64,000 bases of DNA from an uncultured Bacteroidota bacterium (lineage in GTDB: Bacteria > Bacteroidota > Ignavibacteria > UBA10030 > UBA6906). Made by a program: the position numbers and the translations under genes. The stretch is taken from assembly GCA_963700635.1 (NCBI GenBank), contig CAVOYH010000003.1, forward strand, positions 640,001-704,000, read 5' to 3'. Position 1 is the stretch's first letter, and every line of letters starts with the position of its first letter. The notes beneath the pieces were generated by a model that saw only the letters and a program-made list of their open reading frames with translations, ran no database searches and was not told the origin of the DNA. Below, in pieces: positions 19,336 through 31,424 of the stretch.

Positions 19336-21597
19336 TTATTTGGATGGTTCCTGGGCGTCCCGTACCGCAATCGCTGTGACATTCACAATGTCCGCGACTT
19401 CGTTGCCCGGGATTAACAGATACACCGGCTTCCGGATCCCCACCAGAATCGGGCCCACGGATTCAGCCCCGCCGAGTTTGCCAAGGAGTTTGTACGCAAT
19501 ATTAGCCGATTCGAGATTTGGACAGATCAGCACATTTGCATCACCTTTCAGCGAACTGAACGGGTAGAGTGCTTCGAGGATTTCCGGCGACACCGCGGTA
19601 TCAGCCATCATCTCGCCGTCCACCATAAGCGTTGGCATGCGTTTCTTTACAAGCTCTGTGGCCCGTGCCATTTTTTGCGCCGATGGGTGTTGTGTGCTGC
19701 CAAAATTGCTGAATGAGAGCATGGCAAGACGTGGTTCCGTTCCAAAACTCTGCACCTTTTCTGCCACCAGAATCGCAATGTCGGCCAGCTGTTCGGCTGT
19801 CGGATCAAAATTTACTGTCGCATCCGCGATAAACCGCACATCGTTCTTGAAAATCATCATGTACATACCGGCGATTGTCGAAGTGCCCGGACGTGCGCTG
19901 ATGATCTGCAACGCCGGCCGAATGGTGCCGGGATAGTTCTCCGTGAGTCCTGCGACAAGGCCGTCCGCATCACCTTCGTTTACCATCATCATGCCGAACG
20001 AAATGGTTCTGTGCATCTGTTCGCGGGCGTCTGTGCGGGTGATCCCTTTCCGTTTCCGCATTTCATAAAACTTGTTTACATACGACGCGCTTGTTGGAGA
20101 GACCAGCGGATCGACGATTTCCGCACCATGGAGGTCAAGATCGAGCCTCTTGGTTGCTTCTTCAATCAACTTCCGGTCCCCGAGCAGGATCGGGTGCGCG
20201 ATCTCTTCATCCAGGATAATCTGACAGGCCCGCAGGATCCTGTCATCGTTGCCTTCCGGGAAGACAATACGTTTTGGCTCTTCCTTGGCTTTGTGGATGA
20301 AGACACGCATGATCTGCTTTGAGCGCCCGAACCGACTTTCCAGGGAATCCTTGTACGCATCGAGGTCGGCAATAGGGTTGCGGGCAACACCGGTTTCCAT
20401 CGCTGCCTTCGCAACAGCCGGAGTCTCCCACAGCAACACGCGGGGATCAAGCGGTTTCGGAATGATGTAGTTCCGGCCGAACTTGAATTTTTCACCGCCG
20501 TATGCCTTGATGACCACATCAGGCACATCTTCCCTGGCCAGCGTCGCGAGAGCATGGGCGGCCGCAAGTTTCATCTCGTCGTTGATCGCGGAGGCCATCA
20601 CATCCAGGGCCCCGCGGAATATAAACGGAAATCCAAGAACATTGTTGATCTGGTTGGGATAATCGGATCTTCCCGTCGCCATCAACACATCCTTACGCGC
20701 GTCAAAGGCATCCTCCGGGAGAATCTCCGGGTCCGGGTTGGCCATGGCAAAGATAATCGGATCGCGGCCCATGCTCTTGACCATGGCTTTCGTCACAACC
20801 CCTTTGACGGACACCCCGGCAAACACATCGGCGCCTTTCATTGCATCTTCAAGCGTGCGGGCGGGTGTGTCAATGGCGAAGAATTCTTTGTAGGGGTTCA
20901 TTCCCTGCGTGCGGCCTTTATACACGACGCCCTTGGTATCGCAGAGAATCAGGTTTTCACGTTTTACGCCGAGCGTAATGTAGAATTTTGCGCACGCAAT
21001 TCCGGCGGCCCCGGCACCGCTGAAGACCACCTTCACTTCATCAATCTTCTTTCCGACAATCTCCAGCGCGTTGAGAAGTCCGGCACCGGAAATAATCGCC
21101 GTCCCGTGTTGATCGTCGTGGAACACCGGTATGTTCATTGTTTTCTTCAGCGTTTCCTCGATGTGGAAACATTCCGGCGCCTTGATGTCCTCGAGGTTGA
21201 TCCCGCCGAATGTCGGTTCGAGGGCTTTGACAATCATGATCACTTCTTCGGGATCATGGGCGTTGATTTCAATATCGAACACGTCAATATCAGCAAAACG
21301 TTTAAAAAGGATTCCCTTTCCTTCCATCACGGGTTTCCCGGCCAGAGCACCAATATCGCCGAGGCCGAGAACGGCGGTGCCGTTGCTCACCACCGCAACG
21401 AGGTTTCCTTTCGCGGTGTACTTGTACGCATCAGCGGGATTGGCCTGGATCTCCCGGCAGGGTTCAGCCACCCCCGGTGTATAGGCGAGAGACAGGTCCC
21501 GCTGCGTGGCGCAGGGCTTGGTTGACACGACTTCAATTTTCCCTCTGCGTCCGTGGCTGTGATAATCAAGCGCATCTTGTTTGCGGATCATGGCCAT
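19336..21597 (-). CDS. maeB: NADP-dependent malic enzyme with C-terminal phosphotransacetylase-like domain
   Basis: [46 protein letters not shown], and a PTA-like tail ([12 protein letters not shown]). Confidence 0.96.
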   Translation of the reverse strand: MAMIRKQDALDYHSHGRRGKIEVVSTKPCATQRDLSLAYTPGVAEPCREIQANPADAYKYTAKGNLVAVVSNGTAVLGLGDIGALAGKPVMEGKGILFKRFADIDVFDIEINAHDPEEVIMIVKALEPTFGGINLEDIKAPECFHIEETLKKTMNIPVFHDDQHGTAIISGAGLLNALEIVGKKIDEVKVVFSGAGAAGIACAKFYITLGVKRENLILCDTKGVVYKGRTQGMNPYKEFFAIDTPARTLEDAMKGADVFAGVSVKGVVTKAMVKSMGRDPIIFAMANPDPEILPEDAFDARKDVLMATGRSDYPNQINNVLGFPFIFRGALDVMASAINDEMKLAAAHALATLAREDVPDVVIKAYGGEKFKFGRNYIIPKPLDPRVLLWETPAVAKAAMETGVARNPIADLDAYKDSLESRFGRSKQIMRVFIHKAKEEPKRIVFPEGNDDRILRACQIILDEEIAHPILLGDRKLIEEATKRLDLDLHGAEIVDPLVSPTSASYVNKFYEMRKRKGITRTDAREQMHRTISFGMMMVNEGDADGLVAGLTENYPGTIRPALQIISARPGTSTIAGMYMMIFKNDVRFIADATVNFDPTAEQLADIAILVAEKVQSFGTEPRLAMLSFSNFGSTQHPSAQKMARATELVKKRMPTLMVDGEMMADTAVSPEILEALYPFSSLKGDANVLICPNLESANIAYKLLGKLGGAESVGPILVGIRKPVYLLIPGNEVADIVNVTAIAVRDAQEPSK

Positions 21598-21699
21598 GAT
21601 AGAAACTCCTTATGTTTCTCAGGAACAGGTGGGTATGGTGAGGATAGTATTCCCGACGATCGGGCAGGGGATCTTAGCCGGGATGTCGTCGTTGAGAAC

Positions 21700-21728
21700 A
21701 AGATACAACAATGAAATGAACGGGTCAA
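21700..21728 (-). promoter_or_regulatory. sigma70-type promoter for maeB
   Basis: Minus strand reads TTGACC-17 nt-TATCTT. Confidence 0.6.
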
Positions 21729-21761
21729 ATGCCAGGAGCGCCGTTCGGTTCCTTCCCTGCC

Positions 21762-21790
21762 TTGCATCTCAAGCCCCTTTTACGTAAAAT
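21762..21790 (+). promoter_or_regulatory. sigma70-type promoter for the plsC-pyrG operon
   Basis: TTGCAT-17 nt-TAAAAT. Confidence 0.55.
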
Positions 21791-21980
21791 TGACAAACCA
21801 CTACGTTCCATTCATTAGATGTTGCGCGGTGACTACCCTCCGGACACCCGTCAGAGTACTGGCATCCTGTAGGGCTCGATCCCTTGCCTGTTGTATCTCC
21901 ATCGCCGCTGCTGCTCGATTTCCTGACCGTTCCGCGCCGCGTATCCTTGCACAACCGCCGGAGACCGAGGCATACGATCC

Positions 21981-22688
21981 ATGATCGTCAGCATCATCCG
22001 GCTCCTTGTCAGCGTCCTTGTCACCATACTCATCGCCATCGTGGCGTTTGTGACGCTGCCGTTCAACAAAAATGAAAGATTGTACCACGGCATTTCCCGG
22101 TTCTGGTCACGTTCTTTGCTCCGCATCTGCGGTGTCCGGGTGGTCCTGCATGGTTCCGAACATATCGACCGAGCCTGTTCCTATATATACGCTTCGAACC
22201 ATGCAAGTATGTTCGATATTCCTGTGGTGGTTGCCGGTCTTCCCGACAATATCCGGCTCGTCTATAAGAAGGAATTGGAGCGTATTCCGGTATTTGGCTG
22301 GGGGTTACGCTGGGGCAGTTACATTGGAATCGACAGAGGCCGGGGCTCCGAAGCCAGAAAAAGTCTGCACGAGGCAGTTGAGAAAATCCGCCGCGGGGCT
22401 TCTGTTCTACTGTTCGTGGAAGGAACACGCACCGCGGACGGAAACCTTCAGCCTTTCAAGCGTGGCGCCTTTAACCTGGCTGCACGGGCGGGAGTCCCCG
22501 TCATCCCCTTGACCATAAACGGGACATACCGTATCGTTCCTAAACATTCGCTTCGTATTCGACCCGGGACCGTTCATCTCATCCTGGCTCCACCCATCAC
22601 CGTCACGGGCAAGGGCGAAAAAGAAACCGAACAACTGTTGATGGAGCGCGTTCGGAGCGCAATCGAACAGAATTATCAAGACCAGTAG
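21981..22688 (+). CDS. plsC: 1-acyl-sn-glycerol-3-phosphate acyltransferase
   Basis: NHASMFD (HX4D), FVEGTR, PFKRGAF. Confidence 0.92.
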   Translation: MIVSIIRLLVSVLVTILIAIVAFVTLPFNKNERLYHGISRFWSRSLLRICGVRVVLHGSEHIDRACSYIYASNHASMFDIPVVVAGLPDNIRLVYKKELERIPVFGWGLRWGSYIGIDRGRGSEARKSLHEAVEKIRRGASVLLFVEGTRTADGNLQPFKRGAFNLAARAGVPVIPLTINGTYRIVPKHSLRIRPGTVHLILAPPITVTGKGEKETEQLLMERVRSAIEQNYQDQ

Positions 22689-22697
22689 GAGATCGTT

Positions 22698-22991
22698 GTG
22701 GCAGTCACAGTGCATGATGTCGATCATATTGCCCGGCTTGCCCGGCTTTCGTTCACCGAGGAGGAGAAACACCGGCTCACCGGCGAGCTGAATACGATCC
22801 TCGGGTATATGGAACAGTTGAACAGCGTGCCGACTGACCACGTTGAGCCGTTGTCCCACGTTATTGACCTTGAGAACGTGGTACGAGATGATATCCGATC
22901 ACCCGGACTGTCAACGGAGGAAGCTCTCCGGAACGCTCCTTCTCATGACGACAAATTCTTCAAGGTACCAAAAGTCATCGCCGACCGATGA
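22698..22991 (+). CDS. gatC: Asp/Glu-tRNA amidotransferase subunit C
   Basis: HIARLARL...NAP...FFKVPKVI. Confidence 0.95.
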   Translation: MAVTVHDVDHIARLARLSFTEEEKHRLTGELNTILGYMEQLNSVPTDHVEPLSHVIDLENVVRDDIRSPGLSTEEALRNAPSHDDKFFKVPKVIADR

Positions 22992-23754
22992 GTCCACGTT
23001 CACAACATCGAGTTGTTGCCATCATCCCCGCGCGGTACGCCTCAACGCGGCTGCCAGGAAAGCCCCTGGCGGAAATCGCCGGAAAACCGATGATCCAGCA
23101 TGTCTACGAACGGACACGGCGTGCCACGCTGGTCGATGATGTGATTGTCGCAACGGACGATGACCGGATCGTTAAGGCCGTGCGCGCGTTTGGCGGACAG
23201 GCGGAACTGACGTCACCGGACATCCGGAGCGGTTCGGATCGTATCGCCGTTGTTGCGCGCAGCCTCTCCTCGGCCGAACTCATCGTCAATATCCAGGGGG
23301 ATGAACCCCTTATCCCACCCGAAATGATAGACGAGGCCGTGCGCCCCCTGCTCGACAATCCGAAACTTGATGCGGGGACTCTTGTCACGCGTATCTCCAC
23401 ACGTGAAGAATACCTTGACCCTCATACGGTAAAAGTCACACTCGACCGGAACTCACGCTGTCTGTACTTCTCCCGTTCGCCGATTCCTTTTGCGAGGGAT
23501 ATCTCGATCGAGGCGCTTCTTCAGACTTGCCCCCTCTACAGGCATATCGGGTTGTACGTGTACAGGGCCGCATTCCTCGTCCGTTTTGCAGCCCTCGAAC
23601 AGACTCCGCTCGAAAAGGCGGAAAAGCTTGAGCAACTCCGTATTCTCGAACACGGCTTTTCACTTCATGCGGTACTCACGTCGCATAACAACAGTATTGC
23701 TGTCGACACCCCCGCCGATCTCGAACGCGTGAGGACACTTGTGGGAAACACACC

Positions 23755-23758
<4 letters not shown>
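22988..23758 (+). CDS. kdsB: 3-deoxy-manno-octulosonate cytidylyltransferase
   Basis: IPARYASTRLPGKPL, SGSDR, NIQGDEP, YFSRSPIP, EKLEQLR. Confidence 0.96.
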
Positions 23759-26030
<2,272 letters not shown>

Positions 26031-26042
26031 GACCGCCCTGGT

Positions 26043-26483
26043 ATGCCGCCCATTCATTACCACATCGGCAACGATCTTAACCTGGACGAGGTGATCGCCC
26101 TGTATCGCGTTTCAACACTCGGGGAACGCAGGCCGGTGGACGACCGGGATGCCATGAAGGCCATGCTGCAACACGCCAACCTCATCGTGACGGCCTGGAA
26201 CGATTCGCTCCTCGTGGGTATTGCGCGGACACTCACAGATTTTTCATATGTGGGGTACCTCTCTGATCTTGCTGTACACGCGGAATACCAGCATGCAGGT
26301 ATCGGCAGGGAACTGATCCGCAGGACGCGCGGGCAGATGAAACCTCAAGCACGTATTGTGCTGCTTGCCGCGCCCGCAGCTATCGAGTACTACCCCCACA
26401 TCGGGTTTACCCGGCACTCCAGCGCCTGGATACTGCGAGGAACAGACCCGTTTCCTGAGAGTGCGCCTGATCATGGAGTCTGA
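26043..26483 (+). CDS. GNAT family N-acetyltransferase
   Basis: LVGIAR, YLSDLAV, YQHAGIG acetyl-CoA motif, YYPHIGF. Confidence 0.9.
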   Translation: MPPIHYHIGNDLNLDEVIALYRVSTLGERRPVDDRDAMKAMLQHANLIVTAWNDSLLVGIARTLTDFSYVGYLSDLAVHAEYQHAGIGRELIRRTRGQMKPQARIVLLAAPAAIEYYPHIGFTRHSSAWILRGTDPFPESAPDHGV

Positions 26484-26485
26484 GC

Positions 26486-26683
26486 ATGTCACTCGTGCTG
26501 CGCCGTGGATACTTTTTCACGTTGATGTTCTCCTCCGCTCTCATCGTACTCAGCGCAGGATTTGTCTTGAAACACGAATCCCCGATGAAGAGGAGCTGGA
26601 CGGTGCTGCGATGTGTGTACGTGATTCTTTTCGTTGTACACCTCCGATCACGGATGATCCGGCGCTATCTGGATCACGGATGA
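26486..26683 (+). CDS. possible small two-TM membrane protein
   Basis: Starts 2 nt after the GNAT stop, GGAG upstream, two hydrophobic stretches; no family recognised. Confidence 0.35.
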   Translation: MSLVLRRGYFFTLMFSSALIVLSAGFVLKHESPMKRSWTVLRCVYVILFVVHLRSRMIRRYLDHG

Positions 26684-26686
26684 TCC
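26646..26686 (+). repeat. 15-bp direct repeat GATCACGGATGATCC x2
   Basis: Copies at 26646-26660 and 26672-26686. Confidence 0.7.
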
Positions 26687-26791
26687 CACATCCGTCGGGG
26701 GTGAACACACAGGCCACCACACCACGCCGCTGAGGAGTGCGCACCCATTCCGAATCTCCGCCCGCAGCATCCGGCGTTTAGGCCTCTCAGC

Positions 26792-26820
26792 TTTACATTG
26801 GCCGAGGAAAGCCGTATACT
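26792..26820 (+). promoter_or_regulatory. sigma70-type promoter for the Tat oxidoreductase
   Basis: TTTACA-17 nt-TATACT. Confidence 0.65.
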
Positions 26821-26869
26821 TTTTTAGATGGCCGTCTGTTTATCTTCCCCGCACGAATGAGGACACAGA

Positions 26870-28252
26870 ATGTCATTGCTTGATCCTGCACTTACCAGAC
26901 GCGATGTGTTGCGCGATATCGGCGCATTGGCGGTAGGCGGTGCTCTCGGACCGTTGTTGCTGGGTGACGGGCCCATCGCTCTGGCGGCGGAACAACGTCC
27001 GTCAACGCCATTCACCAACAAACCGGTCAGCTGTATCATTCTCGGAGCCGGCAGCCGTGGTAACACGTATGCGGCGTGGTCAAAGCAGTTTCCGGAGCAG
27101 ATGCGTGTCGTCGGCGTTGCGGAACCTATTCCGTCGCGTCAGGAGCGGTTCGCGCAGTTGTATGATATCCCCGCAGAGAACCGATTCCCCAGTTGGGATG
27201 ATGCGCTGGCGGTGCCCAAATTTGCAGACGCCATTCTCATTACTACTCCGGATCAGCTCCATCATGGACCGGCGATGCGCGGTCTCGAGCTCGGCTACGA
27301 TGTTCTCCTGGAAAAGCCGATTGCAACCACCTGGGAACACTGCACGGAGATTCTCGCGCAACATGCGCGTTATCCCCGGATCGTCGCTGTGTGTCACGTA
27401 CTTCGATACACGACATACTTTAAGAAACTCCGTGACATCGTCGCCTCGGGAATACTCGGGGAGATTGTTACCATAGAACATCTCGAGCCTGTTGGCTACT
27501 GGCACCAGGGACATAGTTTTGTACGGGGTAACTGGCGCAATGTCGCCTCTTCGTGTCCGATGATCCTTGCCAAGTCCTGCCACGATCTGGACATCATCCG
27601 TTGGTTAATGGATGAACCCTGCCTTTCTGTCGCATCCTATGGCTCCCTCAAGCATTTCAAAAAAGAAAATGCCCCAGCAGGATCCACAACCCGCTGCATC
27701 GATGGCTGTATCATAGAGAAAGAGTGCCCCTACTCCGCGCTGAAGTTGTACATGGATATGAAGAACACCGGCTGGCCTGTATCGGTGATTACTGAAGATG
27801 TCTCGGAAGCAGGCAGGCTCAAAGCTCTCCGCGAAGGACCCTATGGACGGTGCGTGTATCACAGCGACAACGATGTCGTCGATCATCAGGTGCTCGCTCT
27901 GGAATTCGGCAAAGAACGTACGGCGGCATTTACCATGTCCGCGTTTACCACCGGGTCCCGACGTACACGGGTCATGGGAACTATGGGCGAAGCAATCGGG
28001 GATACGCAGTATCTCTCGGTGGTCAACTTCAGAAATGGCAAAAAGGAGACTCTTGACACACGGCTGGCGGAGACCGGTATCGCCAGCGGTCACGGGGGCG
28101 GAGATTATGGCCTGATGGAAGCCTTCATCAAGGCCTCCCAGCACCAGGATCCATCAATGGTTGCTTCATCCCTGGCGGTGTCCATGGAAAGTCATTACAT
28201 CGCATTCGGCGCGGAACGGAGCAGAATGGAAAAGCGCGTCGTCACACTCTAA
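26870..28252 (+). CDS. Tat-exported Gfo/Idh/MocA family NAD(P) oxidoreductase
   Basis: TRRDVL twin-arginine signal, GAGSRG, LLEKP, HSFVRGNW, KSCHDLD, Cys cluster RCxxGCxxxxxCPY, GHGGGD. Confidence 0.9.
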   Translation: MSLLDPALTRRDVLRDIGALAVGGALGPLLLGDGPIALAAEQRPSTPFTNKPVSCIILGAGSRGNTYAAWSKQFPEQMRVVGVAEPIPSRQERFAQLYDIPAENRFPSWDDALAVPKFADAILITTPDQLHHGPAMRGLELGYDVLLEKPIATTWEHCTEILAQHARYPRIVAVCHVLRYTTYFKKLRDIVASGILGEIVTIEHLEPVGYWHQGHSFVRGNWRNVASSCPMILAKSCHDLDIIRWLMDEPCLSVASYGSLKHFKKENAPAGSTTRCIDGCIIEKECPYSALKLYMDMKNTGWPVSVITEDVSEAGRLKALREGPYGRCVYHSDNDVVDHQVLALEFGKERTAAFTMSAFTTGSRRTRVMGTMGEAIGDTQYLSVVNFRNGKKETLDTRLAETGIASGHGGGDYGLMEAFIKASQHQDPSMVASSLAVSMESHYIAFGAERSRMEKRVVTL

Positions 28253-28291
28253 TCCACTACACATTCTATCACTTCACAAGCGAGGAACATC

Positions 28292-28456
28292 ATGGCAAAA
28301 GGAAGAAGACGAACAACCCACCGTAGTGTCTCCGGCACCAAGTTGTATGCGGTCCGCGACGCCAAAGGTCGCTTCGTCGATATTCAGACGTACAAACGAG
28401 CACACGGAGCAGACCTCAGAAGGAAGAGCAAGAAAGAGTCCGGTAAAAAGAAGTAA
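28292..28456 (+). CDS. 54-aa highly basic small protein, not in the ORF track
   Basis: GAGGA RBS, then MAKGRRRTTHRSVSGTKLYAVRDAKGRFVDIQTYKRAHGADLRRKSKKESGKKK*; fills the intergenic gap. Confidence 0.75.
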   Translation: MAKGRRRTTHRSVSGTKLYAVRDAKGRFVDIQTYKRAHGADLRRKSKKESGKKK

Positions 28457-28500
28457 CTGCCACACGTTCTCATCTATCGCCGATCACGGGGACCGATTCT

Positions 28501-28929
28501 ATGGGCGCTTCAGAGACCACCACACACGGCATTGTTGCCTGGGCCGACCTGACGATAGCCGGGGCGGATCAGATCAGGGATTTTTACCATGCCGTGGTGG
28601 GTTGGGATCCTCTGCCCATACGCATGGGAAGCTATAACGACTATCAGATGAATGCTCCCGGAACGGACCAGCCTGTCGCAGGAATCTGTCATGCCCGCGG
28701 CGTTAATGCTGATCTTCCACCACAATGGCTTCTGTACGTCACGGTGCCTGACATCGGTGCCGCGATCGCCGCGTGCACCGGCAGGGGGGGAAGTGTGATC
28801 ACCGGTCCACGGGAGATGGGTGCATACGGTCGTTTCTGCGTCATCCGCGATCCGGTGGGCGCAGTGTTGGCTCTCCTTGAAACCCCACCCGCACCGCAAC
28901 AGTCCGACCCCAAGGCAAAGGATTCCTGA
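28501..28929 (+). CDS. VOC/glyoxalase-like protein
   Basis: WADLT, FYHAVVGW, GICHARG, WLLYVTV, IRDPVGA. Confidence 0.88.
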   Translation: MGASETTTHGIVAWADLTIAGADQIRDFYHAVVGWDPLPIRMGSYNDYQMNAPGTDQPVAGICHARGVNADLPPQWLLYVTVPDIGAAIAACTGRGGSVITGPREMGAYGRFCVIRDPVGAVLALLETPPAPQQSDPKAKDS

Positions 28930-28933
28930 CCTG

Positions 28934-29416
28934 ATGGGTGAGTCCTTCTTGCTGATCGTGGGGATCCTGATGGTGATTGCCGGCATCGCCGGCATCATCA
29001 TCCCGGGATTGCCGGGCGTCATCCTTGTCTACCTGGGGCTGTTTTTTGTGGCCTGGAGTGATGGTTTTGTACGTGTCGGGTGGATTACGCTTACTGCTTT
29101 GCTCCTGATCGGTGCCGTCGCCTGGCTCATCGATATGTTCTCGACCGTCTATGGTGCGCGCCGCGTCGGCGCAAGTCGATGGGCAGCGCTCGGAGCTGGC
29201 ATCGGCATGGTCATCGGGTTCTGGTTCGGACTTCCCGGGGTCCTGCTTGGCCCTTTTGTCGGTGCACTGCTCGTTGAACTTGTGGTCAGAAAAGAACTAC
29301 TCGGGGCGGGAAAGGCCGGACTCGGTACCTGGCTCGGACTCCTTGTGGGTACCGCGGTCAAACTGGCGCTGATCTTTTCCATGATCGGCATTTTCCTTAT
29401 TGCCTACATTTTCTAA
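28934..29416 (+). CDS. DUF456 family membrane protein
   Basis: IPGLPG, GARRVGAS, GPFVGA; start at ATG 28934. Confidence 0.85.
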   Translation: MGESFLLIVGILMVIAGIAGIIIPGLPGVILVYLGLFFVAWSDGFVRVGWITLTALLLIGAVAWLIDMFSTVYGARRVGASRWAALGAGIGMVIGFWFGLPGVLLGPFVGALLVELVVRKELLGAGKAGLGTWLGLLVGTAVKLALIFSMIGIFLIAYIF

Positions 29417-29439
29417 CCGTTCACGCCACCTTTATCCTC

Positions 29440-31407
29440 GTGCTGATTCTAAGTCTCTGCATGTGTGTTTTTTCCCCTCTTCCTGGAGATCCTTCGATGG
29501 ACTACACCGTCCTGTCACCGGACAAGCAGACCGTTGTTACCATCAGCACCGGTGAACGTATTACGTACGCGGTTTCACATAACGACAAACCTCTGATCAC
29601 ACCATCGCAGATCGCGCTCGTTACCGAAGGGGGAAGGATTCCCGCAACGCCAGCCACCGTGAAGAACACGGCAACACGATCTGTACAGGAGACGGTGCCG
29701 CGTATCGTCTGGCAGAAAAGTAAGACTCTCACCGACCACTACAACGAGCGAACACTGGAATTTTCCGATGGGACGGTGTTGATCTTCAGAGCGTTTGACA
29801 ATGGGGTTGCCTACCGGTGGGAGACCAGACTGGGCGGGACGGTCCGTTTCCTTCCTGAGACGTTCGAGATCAATGTCGCCGGAAACCCTTGGATTCATTT
29901 CCCTGAAGAAGAACGTTTTTTTTCGCACAACGAACGACTCTACAAGTACGAACCGCTGGCCGGAATCTCCGGAACACGATTCTGCAGCACTCCGGCTCTT
30001 ATCGATACCCGCGGGGGAACATTCATTCTTGTGACCGAATCGGATCTCGTGGACTACCCCGGACTCTGGCTCTCAGGTACGGGCGAAAACGGTCTCACCG
30101 GCCTCTTTCCGGGATATGTCCTCCTGGAAGACATCAAAAATGACCGCGATGCTGAACCTGTCAAGCGCGCTAATTTTGTTGCACTCACCAGCGGGACACG
30201 TTCTTTTCCATGGCGCATTCTGGCGATTGCCGACAGGGATGCGGACCTCCTCACCAACGATCTGGTCTTCCTGCTCTCACAGCCGAATCGGCTGTCCGAT
30301 GTCACATGGATCAAACCGGGAAAGGTCGCGTGGGACTGGTGGAACGCAAACAACGTGTACGGTGTCGACTTTGAGGCCGGAATCAACAACGAGACGTATA
30401 TGTACTATATCGATTTCGCAGCACAGTACGGTCTTGAATACGTGATCCTTGACGAGGGGTGGTACACCCTGGGTGATCTCCTTGCGGTCAATCCTGCCAT
30501 CGATATTCCGAAGCTGGTTGCTTATGCAGAGAAAAAGAATGTGGGCATCATTCTCTGGGTGATCTGGAAAACCCTTCACGACCAGCTTGCGCCGGCGCTT
30601 GATCAGTTTGCCGATTGGGGCATCAAGGGCATCAAGGTGGATTTTATGCAACGGGACGACCAATGGATGGTGAACTACTACTGGGACATTGCCCGGGAAG
30701 CAGCTCAACGAAAATTGCTCGTGGATTTCCACGGAGCCCACAAACCGGCAGGACTTTATCGTGCCTATCCGAATGTCATGACGGGTGAAGGCGTACGCGG
30801 TCTGGAAAACACAAAATGGTCAGCGGATATCACACCCGGACATTGCGTGACATTGCCCTTTACGCGTATGGTGGCGGGACCAATGGACTTCACGCCGGGA
30901 GCAATGCTGAATCTGCCGCAATCCTCGTTCAAACCCATGTTTGCAACTCCGGCAAGCATAGGAACACGCTGCCAGCAGCTGGCGATGTATGTTGTGTATG
31001 AAAGCCCGCTGCAGATGTTGTGTGACAGCCCCACACTCTATCTGCGCGAACCCGAATGTATGGAGTTTCTCGGCCGGGTTCCGACAGTCTGGGAACGTAC
31101 TCTTGCACTGGACGGCAAGGTATCGGAGTACGTCCTTGTTGCGCGAAAGTCCGGTTCCGCATGGTACATCGGAGCAATGACCAATGAAAGCGGCCGCACC
31201 CTCTCCGTTGATCTGACATTTCTTGAAAAGGGAACATTTACCGCCGATATCTGGCAGGACGGTCCCAATGCCCACCGGCATGGGAATGATTTCCGGTATT
31301 CGGCGGTCACCGTAACCAGAGACACCAGACTGGAGATTCCCCTTGCCCCCGGAGGCGGCTGGGTTGCGCGTATACACCCCTCCGCGTTTGATTTCAGTGG
31401 GGAATAA
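29440..31407 (+). CDS. glycoside hydrolase family 97 (alpha-glucosidase/alpha-galactosidase)
   Basis: SPD at the N-terminus, FPWR, WIKPGKVAWDWW, DEGW, GIKVDF, VDFHG, GPMDFTPG, GGGW. Confidence 0.93.
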   Translation: MLILSLCMCVFSPLPGDPSMDYTVLSPDKQTVVTISTGERITYAVSHNDKPLITPSQIALVTEGGRIPATPATVKNTATRSVQETVPRIVWQKSKTLTDHYNERTLEFSDGTVLIFRAFDNGVAYRWETRLGGTVRFLPETFEINVAGNPWIHFPEEERFFSHNERLYKYEPLAGISGTRFCSTPALIDTRGGTFILVTESDLVDYPGLWLSGTGENGLTGLFPGYVLLEDIKNDRDAEPVKRANFVALTSGTRSFPWRILAIADRDADLLTNDLVFLLSQPNRLSDVTWIKPGKVAWDWWNANNVYGVDFEAGINNETYMYYIDFAAQYGLEYVILDEGWYTLGDLLAVNPAIDIPKLVAYAEKKNVGIILWVIWKTLHDQLAPALDQFADWGIKGIKVDFMQRDDQWMVNYYWDIAREAAQRKLLVDFHGAHKPAGLYRAYPNVMTGEGVRGLENTKWSADITPGHCVTLPFTRMVAGPMDFTPGAMLNLPQSSFKPMFATPASIGTRCQQLAMYVVYESPLQMLCDSPTLYLREPECMEFLGRVPTVWERTLALDGKVSEYVLVARKSGSAWYIGAMTNESGRTLSVDLTFLEKGTFTADIWQDGPNAHRHGNDFRYSAVTVTRDTRLEIPLAPGGGWVARIHPSAFDFSGE

Positions 31408-31417
31408 GTGGTATATT
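31388..31417 (+). promoter_or_regulatory. sigma70-type promoter for the UroD-like gene
   Basis: TTGATT-18 nt-TATATT with an extended -10 TG; GTG start 7 nt downstream. Confidence 0.5.
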
Positions 31418-31424
31418 ATCCTCA

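Noticed and set aside
21790-21984. 64-aa ORF or riboswitch in the long plsC leader
   Set aside because: The TTG start overlaps the predicted -10 box, there is no RBS, and I see no convincing stems or known aptamer motif.
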